Shown here: positions 9,701 to 18,715 of the stretch, one piece after another
Position numbering within the stretch: the stretch's first letter is position 1
Layout of the letters: each line of letters begins with the position of its first letter
Source: Candidatus Levyibacteriota bacterium
Lineage (GTDB): Bacteria; Patescibacteriota; Microgenomatia; Levybacterales; UBA12049
Direction: 5' to 3'
Assembly: GCA_003173895.1 (NCBI GenBank)
Contig: PJMG01000002.1
Location: forward strand, 26,974 to 90,973
Length of the DNA: 64,000 nt
Program-made: the position numbers and the translations under genes
Notes under the pieces: model-generated
What the model was told of the DNA's origin: nothing
Databases searched by the model: none
What the model saw: the letters and a program-made list of their open reading frames with translations, nothing else

Positions 9701-11469
9701 CTACCTTAACATTTTTAAGTTTCGATGTTATGCTTGCTAATCATTATTTATCTCCTATAAATGCAGGTAAATATGCTTTAGTATCAACTATTGGTAAAAC
9801 TATTTATTTGGTAGGCGGATTAGTCGCACAGTTTTTAGGCGCATATGTAAGCAGAACTGAAGGTGAAGGTAAAAACTCAAAAAGAGTTTTCTATGATTTT
9901 TTGCTTTTAACTGGGAGTTTAACAATTTTAGCATTCATATTGATAGGACTCTTGGGACACATTACTCTACCAATTCTTTTTGGTAGTAAAGTTTTAGCTA
10001 TTTTACCTTTTATTCCTGTTTTTTGTTTTGCAATTGCTTGTTTTACTATAGCCACACTTTTTTCTTATTATCACTTAAACAAGCGCATTTATTTAACTCC
10101 AATTATTTCATTTTTAATTGGAATTGTACAAATTCTTTTAATAATTAAATTTCACCAAACAATCGGCAATATCGTAGATGTTATGGCTTTGGTAGGAATT
10201 ATCAATGTATCTATTATGATCATTCTTCATATTTTTGAATCTAGAGTTAAAATTCTTGAGAGTAACATTTCAGATTTTTTTGGTCTGTTTTTAACACAAA
10301 AATTTAAATCATCTGGTAAGAAAAATTTAAATATTCTCATTTTTAACTGGAGAGACACTAAGCATAAATGGGCGGGAGGAGCAGAAGCATATTTACAAGA
10401 AATAGCAAAGCGCTGGGTAAAAGCTGGAAATTCTGTTACAATTTTTTGCGGAAACAGTGTAAATAGGCCTAAAAATGATACTATAGATGGAGTTAAAATT
10501 ATTAGGCGTGGTGGTTTTTATACTGTTTATGTTTGGGCAATCCTCTATTATATTTTTAAATTTAGGCATAAATTTGATGTAATCATAGATAGTGAAAATG
10601 GAATACCATTTTTTACTCCACTCTATTCTAGAGTAAGCAAATTTTTATTAATTCATCATGTACACCAAGAAATACATAGAAGCCAGTTAAAATTCCCTCT
10701 TTCACAAATAGCCTTATTTTTAGAGGGCAAACTAATGCCTTTTGTTTATCGCAATCAAATAGTTATTACTGTTTCACAGTCATCAAAAAAAGAGTTAGAA
10801 CAAATAGGAGTAAATAAAGATAATATTCATATTGTTCATCCCGGAGTAACTACAACTTTATTGAAAAAGAGTAAAAAAACTGCGTATCCCTCTATAGTTT
10901 ATTTAGGAAGACTAAAAGCGTATAAAAATGTGGATATCGCGCTTAAAGCATTTGCCCAGATCTTAAAAGAATATCCAAATGCTAAGTTTACTATAGCTGG
11001 AACAGGTGAAATGGGAGGAATTTTACAATATCTAACTGGCAAATTAGGGATTAAAGATAATGTAGAATTTTTAGGGGCTGTAACAGAAGAACAAAAGGCT
11101 GAAGTTTTAGCTAAAAGTTGGGTAAGCATACAACCCTCTATGATAGAAGGTTGGGGAATAACTGTTATTGAAGCCAATGCTAGTGGTACGCCAGTGATCG
11201 CTTCTAACGTAAATGGTCTAAGAGATTCAATAGTACATAATAGAACAGGTGTCTTAGTAAGAGTTAAAAATATTCAAGAATTTTCCGATGCTATTAAAAA
11301 ATGTTTCAGTGATAAGAAATTTTTAAAGACATTATCAGAGGAAGCGTATTTATGGTCAAATAATTTTTCTTGGGATATTAGCGCAGATATATTTTATAAA
11401 ACCATACTTAATGAATTAAATAAAAATGTTGAAAATATTAATTTTTATACTAAAGAAAAAGATAAATAG
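6775..11469 (+). CDS. Giant 1564-aa multi-domain glycan-assembly protein. Domains in order: DPM1-like GT2, processive GT2 synthase (D, DxD, TED, QxxRW), Wzx-like flippase of about 12 TM, and a GT4 domain.
   Basis: Domain 1 spans aa 1-235 with VVIPVWNEEQNI and DADLQYP. Two TM helices follow. Domain 2 spans aa 335-600 with DAEDIPD, TEDADLG and RQRSRW, followed by C-terminal TM helices. Residues 745-1150 hold about 12 hydrophobic helices. Residues 1175-1564 carry EGWGITVIEANASGTPVIASNVNGL. Confidence 0.8.
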   Translation: MRKISVVIPVWNEEQNIASLVKRVHDSLSKEKITYEIVFIDDHSTDDTKKILKTLAKKYNISIFDKEGKKGKSFSLIEGFEKAQNDIVAMIDADLQYPPEALPKMLEKIEKGEADIVVANRVKVNTSKIRKFISRSFRFIFGKVLFGLENDIQAGLKVLRKELIYEANINPSSSWTLDLELLHKAKNLGYVIQNYDIFFEKRKNGKSKVSLVKASLEIGLNALSVRLKPLTPTHLRPSSRQSMLGAGIKHSGRTFVTHTTLHYSQSALQTFIFKQKIFIFIAIIATLTGLILNPILTLQIIIGILSFIYFIDVCFNFYLIIKSLHQPQEITTSEEELAQINESKLPIYSILCPLYKEAHIIPQFLESIDKLDYPKNKLDVMLLLEEDDQTSIDTVKQMPLPSYVRMLVVPNSQPKTKPKACNYGLAYAKGEYLVIYDAEDIPDSMQLKKAYLAFKKVDSKVFCLQAKLNYYNPHQNLLTRFFTAEYSLWFDITLTGLQSINTSIPLGGTSNHFKTINLKKLEGWDPFNVTEDADLGIRLFKQGYKTAIIDSVTLEEANSKWGNWLRQRSRWIKGYMQTYLVHTRNNLRFAKETGWHSLIFQLVVGGKIAFILINPFLWITTIAYFSLNAIVGPTIESLYPPFVFYMAAFSLVVGNFLFLYYFMIGAAKREQWSLIKYIFLTPFYWLMISIAGCIALYQLLFKPHYWEKTIHGFYKNKKKDDDLVARAVVETSAIENISFPKKVWKQFTSKILEKYFGQGFILIISTIISNIVNYFYIAYLGRTISFQDLALVGLINSFYYITSIPFGALFSTVSYKGAFIEGKYGKNSASTFFTHAKKQAKIFTIIFVGIWIIFSPFMASFFNLSNILPILLFTFVWIGGSAYFINRGFIFGTFGFISLSLIYIFEPIIKFILSIILVHYNLAYFTYGSIPISFFLGFLLSEFLVRKNKKLTKVDLGNDSKFPYKFFFISTLSGLSTLTFLSFDVMLANHYLSPINAGKYALVSTIGKTIYLVGGLVAQFLGAYVSRTEGEGKNSKRVFYDFLLLTGSLTILAFILIGLLGHITLPILFGSKVLAILPFIPVFCFAIACFTIATLFSYYHLNKRIYLTPIISFLIGIVQILLIIKFHQTIGNIVDVMALVGIINVSIMIILHIFESRVKILESNISDFFGLFLTQKFKSSGKKNLNILIFNWRDTKHKWAGGAEAYLQEIAKRWVKAGNSVTIFCGNSVNRPKNDTIDGVKIIRRGGFYTVYVWAILYYIFKFRHKFDVIIDSENGIPFFTPLYSRVSKFLLIHHVHQEIHRSQLKFPLSQIALFLEGKLMPFVYRNQIVITVSQSSKKELEQIGVNKDNIHIVHPGVTTTLLKKSKKTAYPSIVYLGRLKAYKNVDIALKAFAQILKEYPNAKFTIAGTGEMGGILQYLTGKLGIKDNVEFLGAVTEEQKAEVLAKSWVSIQPSMIEGWGITVIEANASGTPVIASNVNGLRDSIVHNRTGVLVRVKNIQEFSDAIKKCFSDKKFLKTLSEEAYLWSNNFSWDISADIFYKTILNELNKNVENINFYTKEKDK

Positions 11470-12336
11470 ATGAAGTTAAAAAAAACATTAACAGTTACTA
11501 TTGGAATACCTGCTTACAATGAGGAAGACCACATTAAGAGTCTTCTTCTTTCTATTCTATCACAGAAACAAATAGGATTTCTTATAAAGAAAATAATTGT
11601 AGTTTCAGACGGTTCTACCGACAAGACTGTTATAAGAGCAAAATTAATTAAAGATAAAAGAATAGAAATAATTAATAGTAAAGTTAATTTAGGCCGAATA
11701 AAAAGACGAAAACAAATTATTAATTTATCTAAAACTGATATTTTAGTTTTTCTGGATGGTGATGGAATTTTAGAAAATGAAAAATCATTATTTGAACTTA
11801 TTAAAATATTTAATTCTAATGATAAAATCGCTCTGGTAGGAGGGAATCCTTATTCATTAGAAGAAGACACTTTTTTATCACATTGTTTAGCTCGACCCCG
11901 TGACATTTATACCAGAGTTAGATATCAAATTAAAAACGGAAATAATGTATTCAGTTGTATGGGAGGAATGTTAGCAATTAAAAATAATTTGTACAAAAAG
12001 TTAAAACTACCAAATGATATTTTTGCCGATGATACTTTTATTTATTTCTCTTGTTTAAAAAGCGGTTTTATATTTAGAAATTCTAAATTAGCGAAAGTTT
12101 TACATCAATTCCCACAAAGTTGGAAATCTCAGATTAATCGTAATAAAAGACATAACAAATCAAATGATGAACTTAAAAAACATTTTGATAAAAATTTAAT
12201 TAACCAAGAGTTTTATATTCCTGATAATTTATTAAATAAAGAAAGATTTAAAGAAGTGATTAAATATCCATTTTATACTTTAGTTTCATTAACAATTAAT
12301 TTTTATATTAAATTACTCTCAAAATATGAAAAATAA
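11470..12336 (+). CDS. GT2 glycosyltransferase, paralog 1 of a tandem triplet
   Basis: LTVTIGIPAYNEEDHI and VVSDGSTDKT. The start codon directly abuts the stop of the giant gene. Confidence 0.65.
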   Translation: MKLKKTLTVTIGIPAYNEEDHIKSLLLSILSQKQIGFLIKKIIVVSDGSTDKTVIRAKLIKDKRIEIINSKVNLGRIKRRKQIINLSKTDILVFLDGDGILENEKSLFELIKIFNSNDKIALVGGNPYSLEEDTFLSHCLARPRDIYTRVRYQIKNGNNVFSCMGGMLAIKNNLYKKLKLPNDIFADDTFIYFSCLKSGFIFRNSKLAKVLHQFPQSWKSQINRNKRHNKSNDELKKHFDKNLINQEFYIPDNLLNKERFKEVIKYPFYTLVSLTINFYIKLLSKYEK

Positions 12337-13234
12337 AATTACTTTAACTATTGGTATTGCTGCATATAATGAAGAAAATAATATTGGTAATTTAATTAGT
12401 TCATTGGTAAAGCAGAATTCTAAAAACTTTAAATTAGAAAAAATAATTATTCTATCCGATGGGTCTACTGATAAAACAGATCAAATAGTTAAAAATTTAG
12501 CTAAGAAAAATAGAAAAATTTTTTTAATTAACGATTATAAAAGAAAAGGTAAACCAAATAGACTAAATTATCTTTTTAAAATAAATAAAAGTGATGTGGT
12601 TGTTTGTTTAGACGCTGATATAGAGTTAAGTAGTAAAAATGTTTTAGATGAAATAATAATGTCTTTTATTAAAAATTCAAAAATTTCTTTAGTTGGAGGT
12701 AATGATATACCAAAACAACCTAGAACTTTTTTTGAATCCATTAATGATACATGGATTAATTACTGGCAGTATACCAGACGTCCTTTAAACCATTGGAATA
12801 ATCCATTAAATTGCCCAGGAAGATTGTATGCCTTGAGAAAAAATTTAGCTAAACAAATAAAAATACCATTAAATATTACAGTAGATGAAGGTTTTGTTTT
12901 TTATAAAAATAAACAATTAGGATATGACTTTCAATTCTGCCCTAACGCTATCGTTTATTTTAAAGCACCAGATAATTTTTCTGATTTCTTAAAGCAATCT
13001 CATAGATTTGGTAAAACTGGAAATCAATTAGCTAGATATTTTAATATTAAAAATAATAGACATAATGATATATCAAAATATAAAGAACTTATTTTTTATA
13101 TTCAATATTTCTTTAAATCACCTATAAAATTCCCTTTAGCGCTTTTACTCCAGATGATTGTGAAAACATATAGTACAAAGGCAAAGGAAAAATATAATAA
13201 AGGCCTATGGACTCCGATTAAATCGTCAAAATAA
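12326..13234 (+). CDS. GT2 glycosyltransferase, paralog 2
   Basis: ITLTIGIAAYNEENNI and ILSDGSTDKT. It overlaps paralog 1 by 11 nt. Confidence 0.65.
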   Translation: MKNKITLTIGIAAYNEENNIGNLISSLVKQNSKNFKLEKIIILSDGSTDKTDQIVKNLAKKNRKIFLINDYKRKGKPNRLNYLFKINKSDVVVCLDADIELSSKNVLDEIIMSFIKNSKISLVGGNDIPKQPRTFFESINDTWINYWQYTRRPLNHWNNPLNCPGRLYALRKNLAKQIKIPLNITVDEGFVFYKNKQLGYDFQFCPNAIVYFKAPDNFSDFLKQSHRFGKTGNQLARYFNIKNNRHNDISKYKELIFYIQYFFKSPIKFPLALLLQMIVKTYSTKAKEKYNKGLWTPIKSSK

Positions 13235-13235
13235 T

Positions 13236-14153
13236 ATGAAAAAAAATTTAACCATTACTATTGGTATACCAGCATATAATGAAGAAGCAAATATAAGTAA
13301 TTTATTACATGATTTGTTTATGCAAAAATTTGACAATTTTGTACTAAGTCAAATAATTATTTCATCTGATGGATCCACTGATAGAACTAATAAAATTATA
13401 AAAAATTTAAAAAACCGAAATGTAAAATTAATTGTAAATAAAACTAGAATAGGGATAGCACGTGGACTTAATCAAATAATCAAAGCAAGTAATACAGATA
13501 TTTTAATACTATTAGATGCTGATATAAGGATTATTGATAAATATTTTATAAAAAAACTTATAGAACCTATTGTTAAAACCCAAGCAGATTTAACATCTTC
13601 TAAGATTAAACCATTAGACCCTAAGAATTTTTTCTCCAAAATTCTAGCAGTCAGTATGCTTTATAAATCAATTATTTTTATTAACGTAAATAATGGCAAT
13701 AATGTTTATACCTGTTATGGACTAGCACGGGGTTTATCAAAAAGATTTTATAAAAAACTTAAATTTCCAGTATCTATTGGAAATGATATGTATTCTTATT
13801 TAGCATGCAAAAAGAAAAATTTTAATTTTATAAATGTTTCAAGTGCAATTGCTTATTATAGATTACCTGATAATTTTAATGATCATAAAAAACAAAGCCA
13901 AAGATTTTATTTTACTGAAAATGAACAAGAGAAATTATTTGATAAAAATTTTGTTAAATCCCAGACTCATATCCCATTTAGCGCCTATTTAGACAGTATT
14001 GGCAATCTAAGCCAAATTTTGATAAAATATCCTATATTAACTTTTGCCTATTTATCTATTCTTTTTTACATTAAATTAAGTAAAAAACCTGAAAATGCTA
14101 AAAATCAAAAATGGGATATAGCTAAAAGTTCTAAAAATTTATCGATAATATGA
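13236..14153 (+). CDS. GT2 glycosyltransferase, paralog 3
   Basis: LTITIGIPAYNEEANI and ISSDGSTDRT. It starts 2 nt after the end of paralog 2. Confidence 0.65.
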   Translation: MKKNLTITIGIPAYNEEANISNLLHDLFMQKFDNFVLSQIIISSDGSTDRTNKIIKNLKNRNVKLIVNKTRIGIARGLNQIIKASNTDILILLDADIRIIDKYFIKKLIEPIVKTQADLTSSKIKPLDPKNFFSKILAVSMLYKSIIFINVNNGNNVYTCYGLARGLSKRFYKKLKFPVSIGNDMYSYLACKKKNFNFINVSSAIAYYRLPDNFNDHKKQSQRFYFTENEQEKLFDKNFVKSQTHIPFSAYLDSIGNLSQILIKYPILTFAYLSILFYIKLSKKPENAKNQKWDIAKSSKNLSII

Positions 14154-14950
14154 GCGCACTATATATACCAATGAGACGAACTATGTATTTAACTTTAGGC
14201 ATGGTTAATAATATAGTTAAGTTAAAAAATAAAAATATATTTATACTTTGCTATCATAGTATTAGTAATGATGGATGGGCTTTTGCTGTTAGTTTACAAA
14301 ATTTTAAAAAACAAATTAATTATTTAAAAGATAAATACCAATTTATAACTCTTTCAGATTTATTAGATTATATTAATGGTAAAAAGAATATTGATAAACC
14401 TTCAGTAGTACTGACTTTTGATGATGGTTATAAAGACGTATTACAAACAGTTAGTTTTTTAAAAAATAAAAAAATAAAACCAACTATGTTTCTTCTTTCC
14501 GATATTAAGCATGCTAATAGGAAAGAATTAGCTACAAATCGTGCATTTTTAAATAAAGGAGAACTAAAATCATTAATTAAAAATGGTTGGGAACTAGGTT
14601 CTCATACTGCTACTCACGCTAATATGAATACCTTAAATAATAAAGAAATAATAGATGAAATTATTAATTCTAAAAAAACACTTGAAAAAGAATTAAATAT
14701 TTCAATCCAATATTTAGCTTATCCTAAAGGTAAATATAATGAAAAAATTTTATCTGCTGTAAAAAAAGCAAAATATAAAATGGCTCTAACTATGGATGAT
14801 GGAAACATTCAAAAAGGAATAAATATTTATAGAATCCCTAGAATTGGAGTGGATGGAACTCATTCATTTAGTGAATTTAAAAATCTTTTTTTACCATTAA
14901 ATATAAAAGCAAGAGAGATAATTAAATCAGTATTTTATAAACAAAAATAA
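14150..14950 (+). CDS. Polysaccharide deacetylase, CE4 / NodB homology domain
   Basis: VVLTFDDGYKDV matches the Asp-Asp motif. SHTATHANM matches the metal-binding His motif. Confidence 0.75.
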   Translation: MSALYIPMRRTMYLTLGMVNNIVKLKNKNIFILCYHSISNDGWAFAVSLQNFKKQINYLKDKYQFITLSDLLDYINGKKNIDKPSVVLTFDDGYKDVLQTVSFLKNKKIKPTMFLLSDIKHANRKELATNRAFLNKGELKSLIKNGWELGSHTATHANMNTLNNKEIIDEIINSKKTLEKELNISIQYLAYPKGKYNEKILSAVKKAKYKMALTMDDGNIQKGINIYRIPRIGVDGTHSFSEFKNLFLPLNIKAREIIKSVFYKQK

Positions 14951-14965
14951 TACGATAATAAAATT

Positions 14966-16150
14966 ATGAAAAATAAAAAGATATCAATAATAGTTAAATA
15001 CTTTTATCCAGTTACTGCTGGGATAGAAACTAATATCGCTGAAACCTACAGTGTATTGACAAAAAAGGGGTGGAATATTGATATCCATACTTCTAAAGAT
15101 ACACTTACAGAAAAAAATGTATTACCAAATAAAGATATAATTCAAGACCTAAATGTTAAGAGATATCCTTTTAGTAAATTTGGTTACTGGCCAAAAATAA
15201 ATTGGGCCCAAACAGATCTTATTTGTCTCCATAATTTTGATATTTTCCCTCATTTTCAGATACTAGTTTATTTAATGATTCGCAAATGGTTTAAAATAAA
15301 AACTGGCAAAATAGTGCTTACTCCTCATGGAGGTTTTACGCCAGAATGGTCTACATTTTCTTTTATACAAAGAACTATCAAAAAAACTTATCATAAAACA
15401 CTAGGAGCTTGGTTAATCAATAATACTGTGGATGTTACGAGAGCAGTATCTGAATGGGAGAGAGATGAGATCATAAAATATGGAGTTAAAAAAGAATTAG
15501 TAGTCATGATCCCGAATGGAGTAGAAAATGAAGCTTACAAAAATCTAGAAAAATTAGCATCTACTGATATTAAAAGAAAAGTAAAATCATTTAGAAACTA
15601 TATTATACAAATTGGTAGAATTTATAAAATAAAGAATTATGAAACTACTATCCGAGCATTAGCAAAAACTCCAAAAAATTTAAAATATGTAATAGCTGGC
15701 CCTATCCAAAAGGATAAAACCTATCAACAGTTTTTAGAAAAATTAATAGACAAATTAGCTTTAACAAATAGAGTCATTTTTTTAGGTGTAGTTAAAGGTG
15801 TAGATAAATATTATTTAATTAAGCATGCCCAAATGATGGTTCATATGGCACTTTGGGAAAGTTTTTGTAATGTGGTTCATGAAGGACTTAGCCAGGGACT
15901 GGTATGTATAGTCGCTAATAATACTGCACTTCCCTATTTAATCAAAAATGGAATTAATGGCTATTGTTTAGAAACTACAAATGAAAATAAAGTCGCAGAA
16001 AAAATAAATTTTGTTTTAAAAAATAAGAACAGTAAATTTATAATAGATATGGAAAAAAGAAATAGAAAGTATGGTTTAGAAAATTCGTGGGAGAATGTCG
16101 CGTATAAGATAAATGATTTATATAAAAATTTATTAGAGAATAATTTATGA
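14966..16150 (+). CDS. Glycosyltransferase, GT4 family
   Basis: ALWESFCNVVHEGLSQGLVCIVANNTALPYLIKNGINGY is a Glycos_transf_1-like block. Confidence 0.6.
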   Translation: MKNKKISIIVKYFYPVTAGIETNIAETYSVLTKKGWNIDIHTSKDTLTEKNVLPNKDIIQDLNVKRYPFSKFGYWPKINWAQTDLICLHNFDIFPHFQILVYLMIRKWFKIKTGKIVLTPHGGFTPEWSTFSFIQRTIKKTYHKTLGAWLINNTVDVTRAVSEWERDEIIKYGVKKELVVMIPNGVENEAYKNLEKLASTDIKRKVKSFRNYIIQIGRIYKIKNYETTIRALAKTPKNLKYVIAGPIQKDKTYQQFLEKLIDKLALTNRVIFLGVVKGVDKYYLIKHAQMMVHMALWESFCNVVHEGLSQGLVCIVANNTALPYLIKNGINGYCLETTNENKVAEKINFVLKNKNSKFIIDMEKRNRKYGLENSWENVAYKINDLYKNLLENNL

Positions 16151-16911
16151 TAGTAGAAACCATAAAAAAACTTATTAGTTCATTTTTTATTGAAACAACC
16201 GTCGTTATACCAGAGACTAATATGCTCCAAAAAAAAGTTGTTATTATCACTGGAGCAAGTGGCGGTGTTGGCAGAGCTGTGGGATTAACATTACTAAAAG
16301 AAAAGGCAATTGTGATTGCTGCTGGACGCAATATGCAGAGATTACAAAAAATATATAGTAAAAATAATGGTCACGTATTTCTTTTTTGTGCTGATGTAAC
16401 CAAAGAAAAAGATGTTAAAGAATTAGTACGCACAGTAATTAAAAAATACGGCAGAATTGATGCGCTGATTAACTGTGCAGGAGTATTTTTAGAAAAATCG
16501 ATAGAAAATACAACAGAAAAAGAATTCAGCAATATTGTAAATGTTAATATGAAAGGATTATTTTTGATGACGCGTGAAGTAGTACCATATATGAAGAAAA
16601 GAAACCAAGGGTTAATTATAAATATAGGTTCAAAAATCAGTCATAACTCTGGTGTTGCTCCTAAAAAAACGCTTTATGCAATGACCAAGTACGCTGTTGA
16701 AGGATTAAGTATTGCGTTATCGAATGAACTTCATAAATGGGGTATTAAAGTAACCTGTCTTATGCCGGGAACAATTAATACGTTTGTTTCTTTTAAATCG
16801 AAAAAATATCTTTCACCTTACTCTGTAGGTTATATTATTCTTATGATGCTACAACTTGAACAGGTTACATTTGAAAGTATCATTTTTAAATCAAAAAAAC
16901 AATATATATGA
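16147..16911 (+). CDS. Short-chain dehydrogenase/reductase (SDR)
   Basis: TGASGGVGRA matches TGxxxGxG. YAMTK matches YxxxK. The start overlaps the upstream stop as ATGA; an internal Met at 16222 is an alternative start. Confidence 0.8.
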   Translation: MIVETIKKLISSFFIETTVVIPETNMLQKKVVIITGASGGVGRAVGLTLLKEKAIVIAAGRNMQRLQKIYSKNNGHVFLFCADVTKEKDVKELVRTVIKKYGRIDALINCAGVFLEKSIENTTEKEFSNIVNVNMKGLFLMTREVVPYMKKRNQGLIINIGSKISHNSGVAPKKTLYAMTKYAVEGLSIALSNELHKWGIKVTCLMPGTINTFVSFKSKKYLSPYSVGYIILMMLQLEQVTFESIIFKSKKQYI

Positions 16912-18713
16912 AAAGCTTTAAATTAAAAATAAATAAAAAAATATTTAGCAATATAAACCTATCTATACATACTTTTATAAATAAAGTTATTTCCAAAATA
17001 AAAACAAAAGTGACTGTTTTTAAAAATTCGCCATTTTTCTTAGAAAATAAATTTATTTTAGATTATATCTCTAAATTATTTAAAGGTGTAATAAAATTTT
17101 TCCCTAAAAATAAAAGTACATTTATTACTATTTTTACACTGCTAATTTCAATTTTATTTTTCTCGACTATTATTAAAGGTGGCAAAGGAAATCCTATCTA
17201 TTATCAAGTGGAACATAATAAACAAATAGGGGGACCTTTTGAAGATTCTATAAGTTCCGCCAGATATGCTTTAACAGAATCTATTGTTCTAAATCAATCA
17301 CTTTTCCTTTCACCTAGTTTAGCAGAATTTGCAGCACCAGACGTAGTTTATTACAAAGGTAAATTTACTTCGGTTTTTACACCAGGAATTTCATTTTTAG
17401 GTGTACCTTTTTATTTTATTGGAAGTTTGCTTGGATTACCTCAATTATTTACTTATTTTGCTACTATACTTTTTGCTATATTAGATATTTTCCTTATAGC
17501 TAGAATTGCAGTAAAAGTTGGTTCTTCATATTTAGCTGGTATAATTGGCGGATGTATTTTTATATTTTGTACAAACGCTTTAACATATGGAATAAATTTT
17601 ACACAGCATGATGTAACTGCTGCAGTAGTTTTACTGGCTTTACTTAACGCATTCTCTAAAAGAAATTGGATAAATAATACTTTATTTGGTGTTCTAGTTG
17701 GAGCTAGTTTATTAATAGATATTCCAAATATTATTTTTTTGGCTCCTATTGGTTTATATATTTTGGCAAAAAGTTTTAGCTTTAAACAAATCAGAACACG
17801 TACTCAATTAATTTTTAATACTACTATTTTTGGTTTTATAGTTGGATTTATTCCCTTAATAATGCTTTTTGGTTGGTATAATTATCAGACTACTGGCTCA
17901 TATACTAAATTAGCCCAAAGTATAGGTATAACTAGTATGTTTTCTAAAAATGTCCCTCCTCAATTTGCGCCTAATAAACCATCTACGGCTCAACCAGTAT
18001 CTTTTAACTTTAATTTACATATCCCATTTGAAACACGTATTCAAGTAGAGGGTTTATACATTTTACTATTAAGTAACGAAAGATCTTGGATATTTTATTC
18101 TCCAATAGTTTTTGTTGGATTAATAGGCTTTATTTTACTTTATACAAAGATTGAAACACGATCTAAATCGCTGCTTATTTTAAGCATTATTATCGTAAAC
18201 ATACTTTTATATTCTATGTTTGATGATCCTTGGGGAGGATGGGCTTTTGGACCTAGATATTTGATACCTTCAGCAGCACTTTTAACAACTATGATTCCAG
18301 CTGCTATTGATCGTTTTAGGAAAAATATTATATTTATACTGCTATTTGTAATATTACTATATTATAGTATTTGGGTTAATGTTTTAGGAGCTTTAACCAC
18401 GTCTGCTATACCCCCTAAAGTAGAAGCGGTAGCATTACCTACACACATTCCATGGACATATAAATATAATGAACAGCTTATTAGTACTGGATTATTAACT
18501 TCTCTTATATATAATCTTTTTTTAACTAATTTAATTAGTCCCAACTTTTATTGGAATATACTTACAATTTCTATTTTTGTTTTCTTTATCATTTTATATA
18601 TTTTGCAATTTACTAAAACTGATAGAGTGGAATTTTTTCAGTCAATTTCACATGGATTTTATATTAAAAATAAATTTAAGTCAGTTTTTAATAGATTATT
18701 TAAATCACACTAA
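16908..18713 (+). CDS. GT-C fold membrane glycosyltransferase (PMT/ArnT-like), paralog A
   Basis: 601-aa multi-pass protein. Loop motif DDPWGGWAFGPRYLIP is shared with the ORF at 21620. The N-terminal loop is also similar. Confidence 0.5.
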   Translation: MKSFKLKINKKIFSNINLSIHTFINKVISKIKTKVTVFKNSPFFLENKFILDYISKLFKGVIKFFPKNKSTFITIFTLLISILFFSTIIKGGKGNPIYYQVEHNKQIGGPFEDSISSARYALTESIVLNQSLFLSPSLAEFAAPDVVYYKGKFTSVFTPGISFLGVPFYFIGSLLGLPQLFTYFATILFAILDIFLIARIAVKVGSSYLAGIIGGCIFIFCTNALTYGINFTQHDVTAAVVLLALLNAFSKRNWINNTLFGVLVGASLLIDIPNIIFLAPIGLYILAKSFSFKQIRTRTQLIFNTTIFGFIVGFIPLIMLFGWYNYQTTGSYTKLAQSIGITSMFSKNVPPQFAPNKPSTAQPVSFNFNLHIPFETRIQVEGLYILLLSNERSWIFYSPIVFVGLIGFILLYTKIETRSKSLLILSIIIVNILLYSMFDDPWGGWAFGPRYLIPSAALLTTMIPAAIDRFRKNIIFILLFVILLYYSIWVNVLGALTTSAIPPKVEAVALPTHIPWTYKYNEQLISTGLLTSLIYNLFLTNLISPNFYWNILTISIFVFFIILYILQFTKTDRVEFFQSISHGFYIKNKFKSVFNRLFKSH

Positions 18714-18715
18714 AT

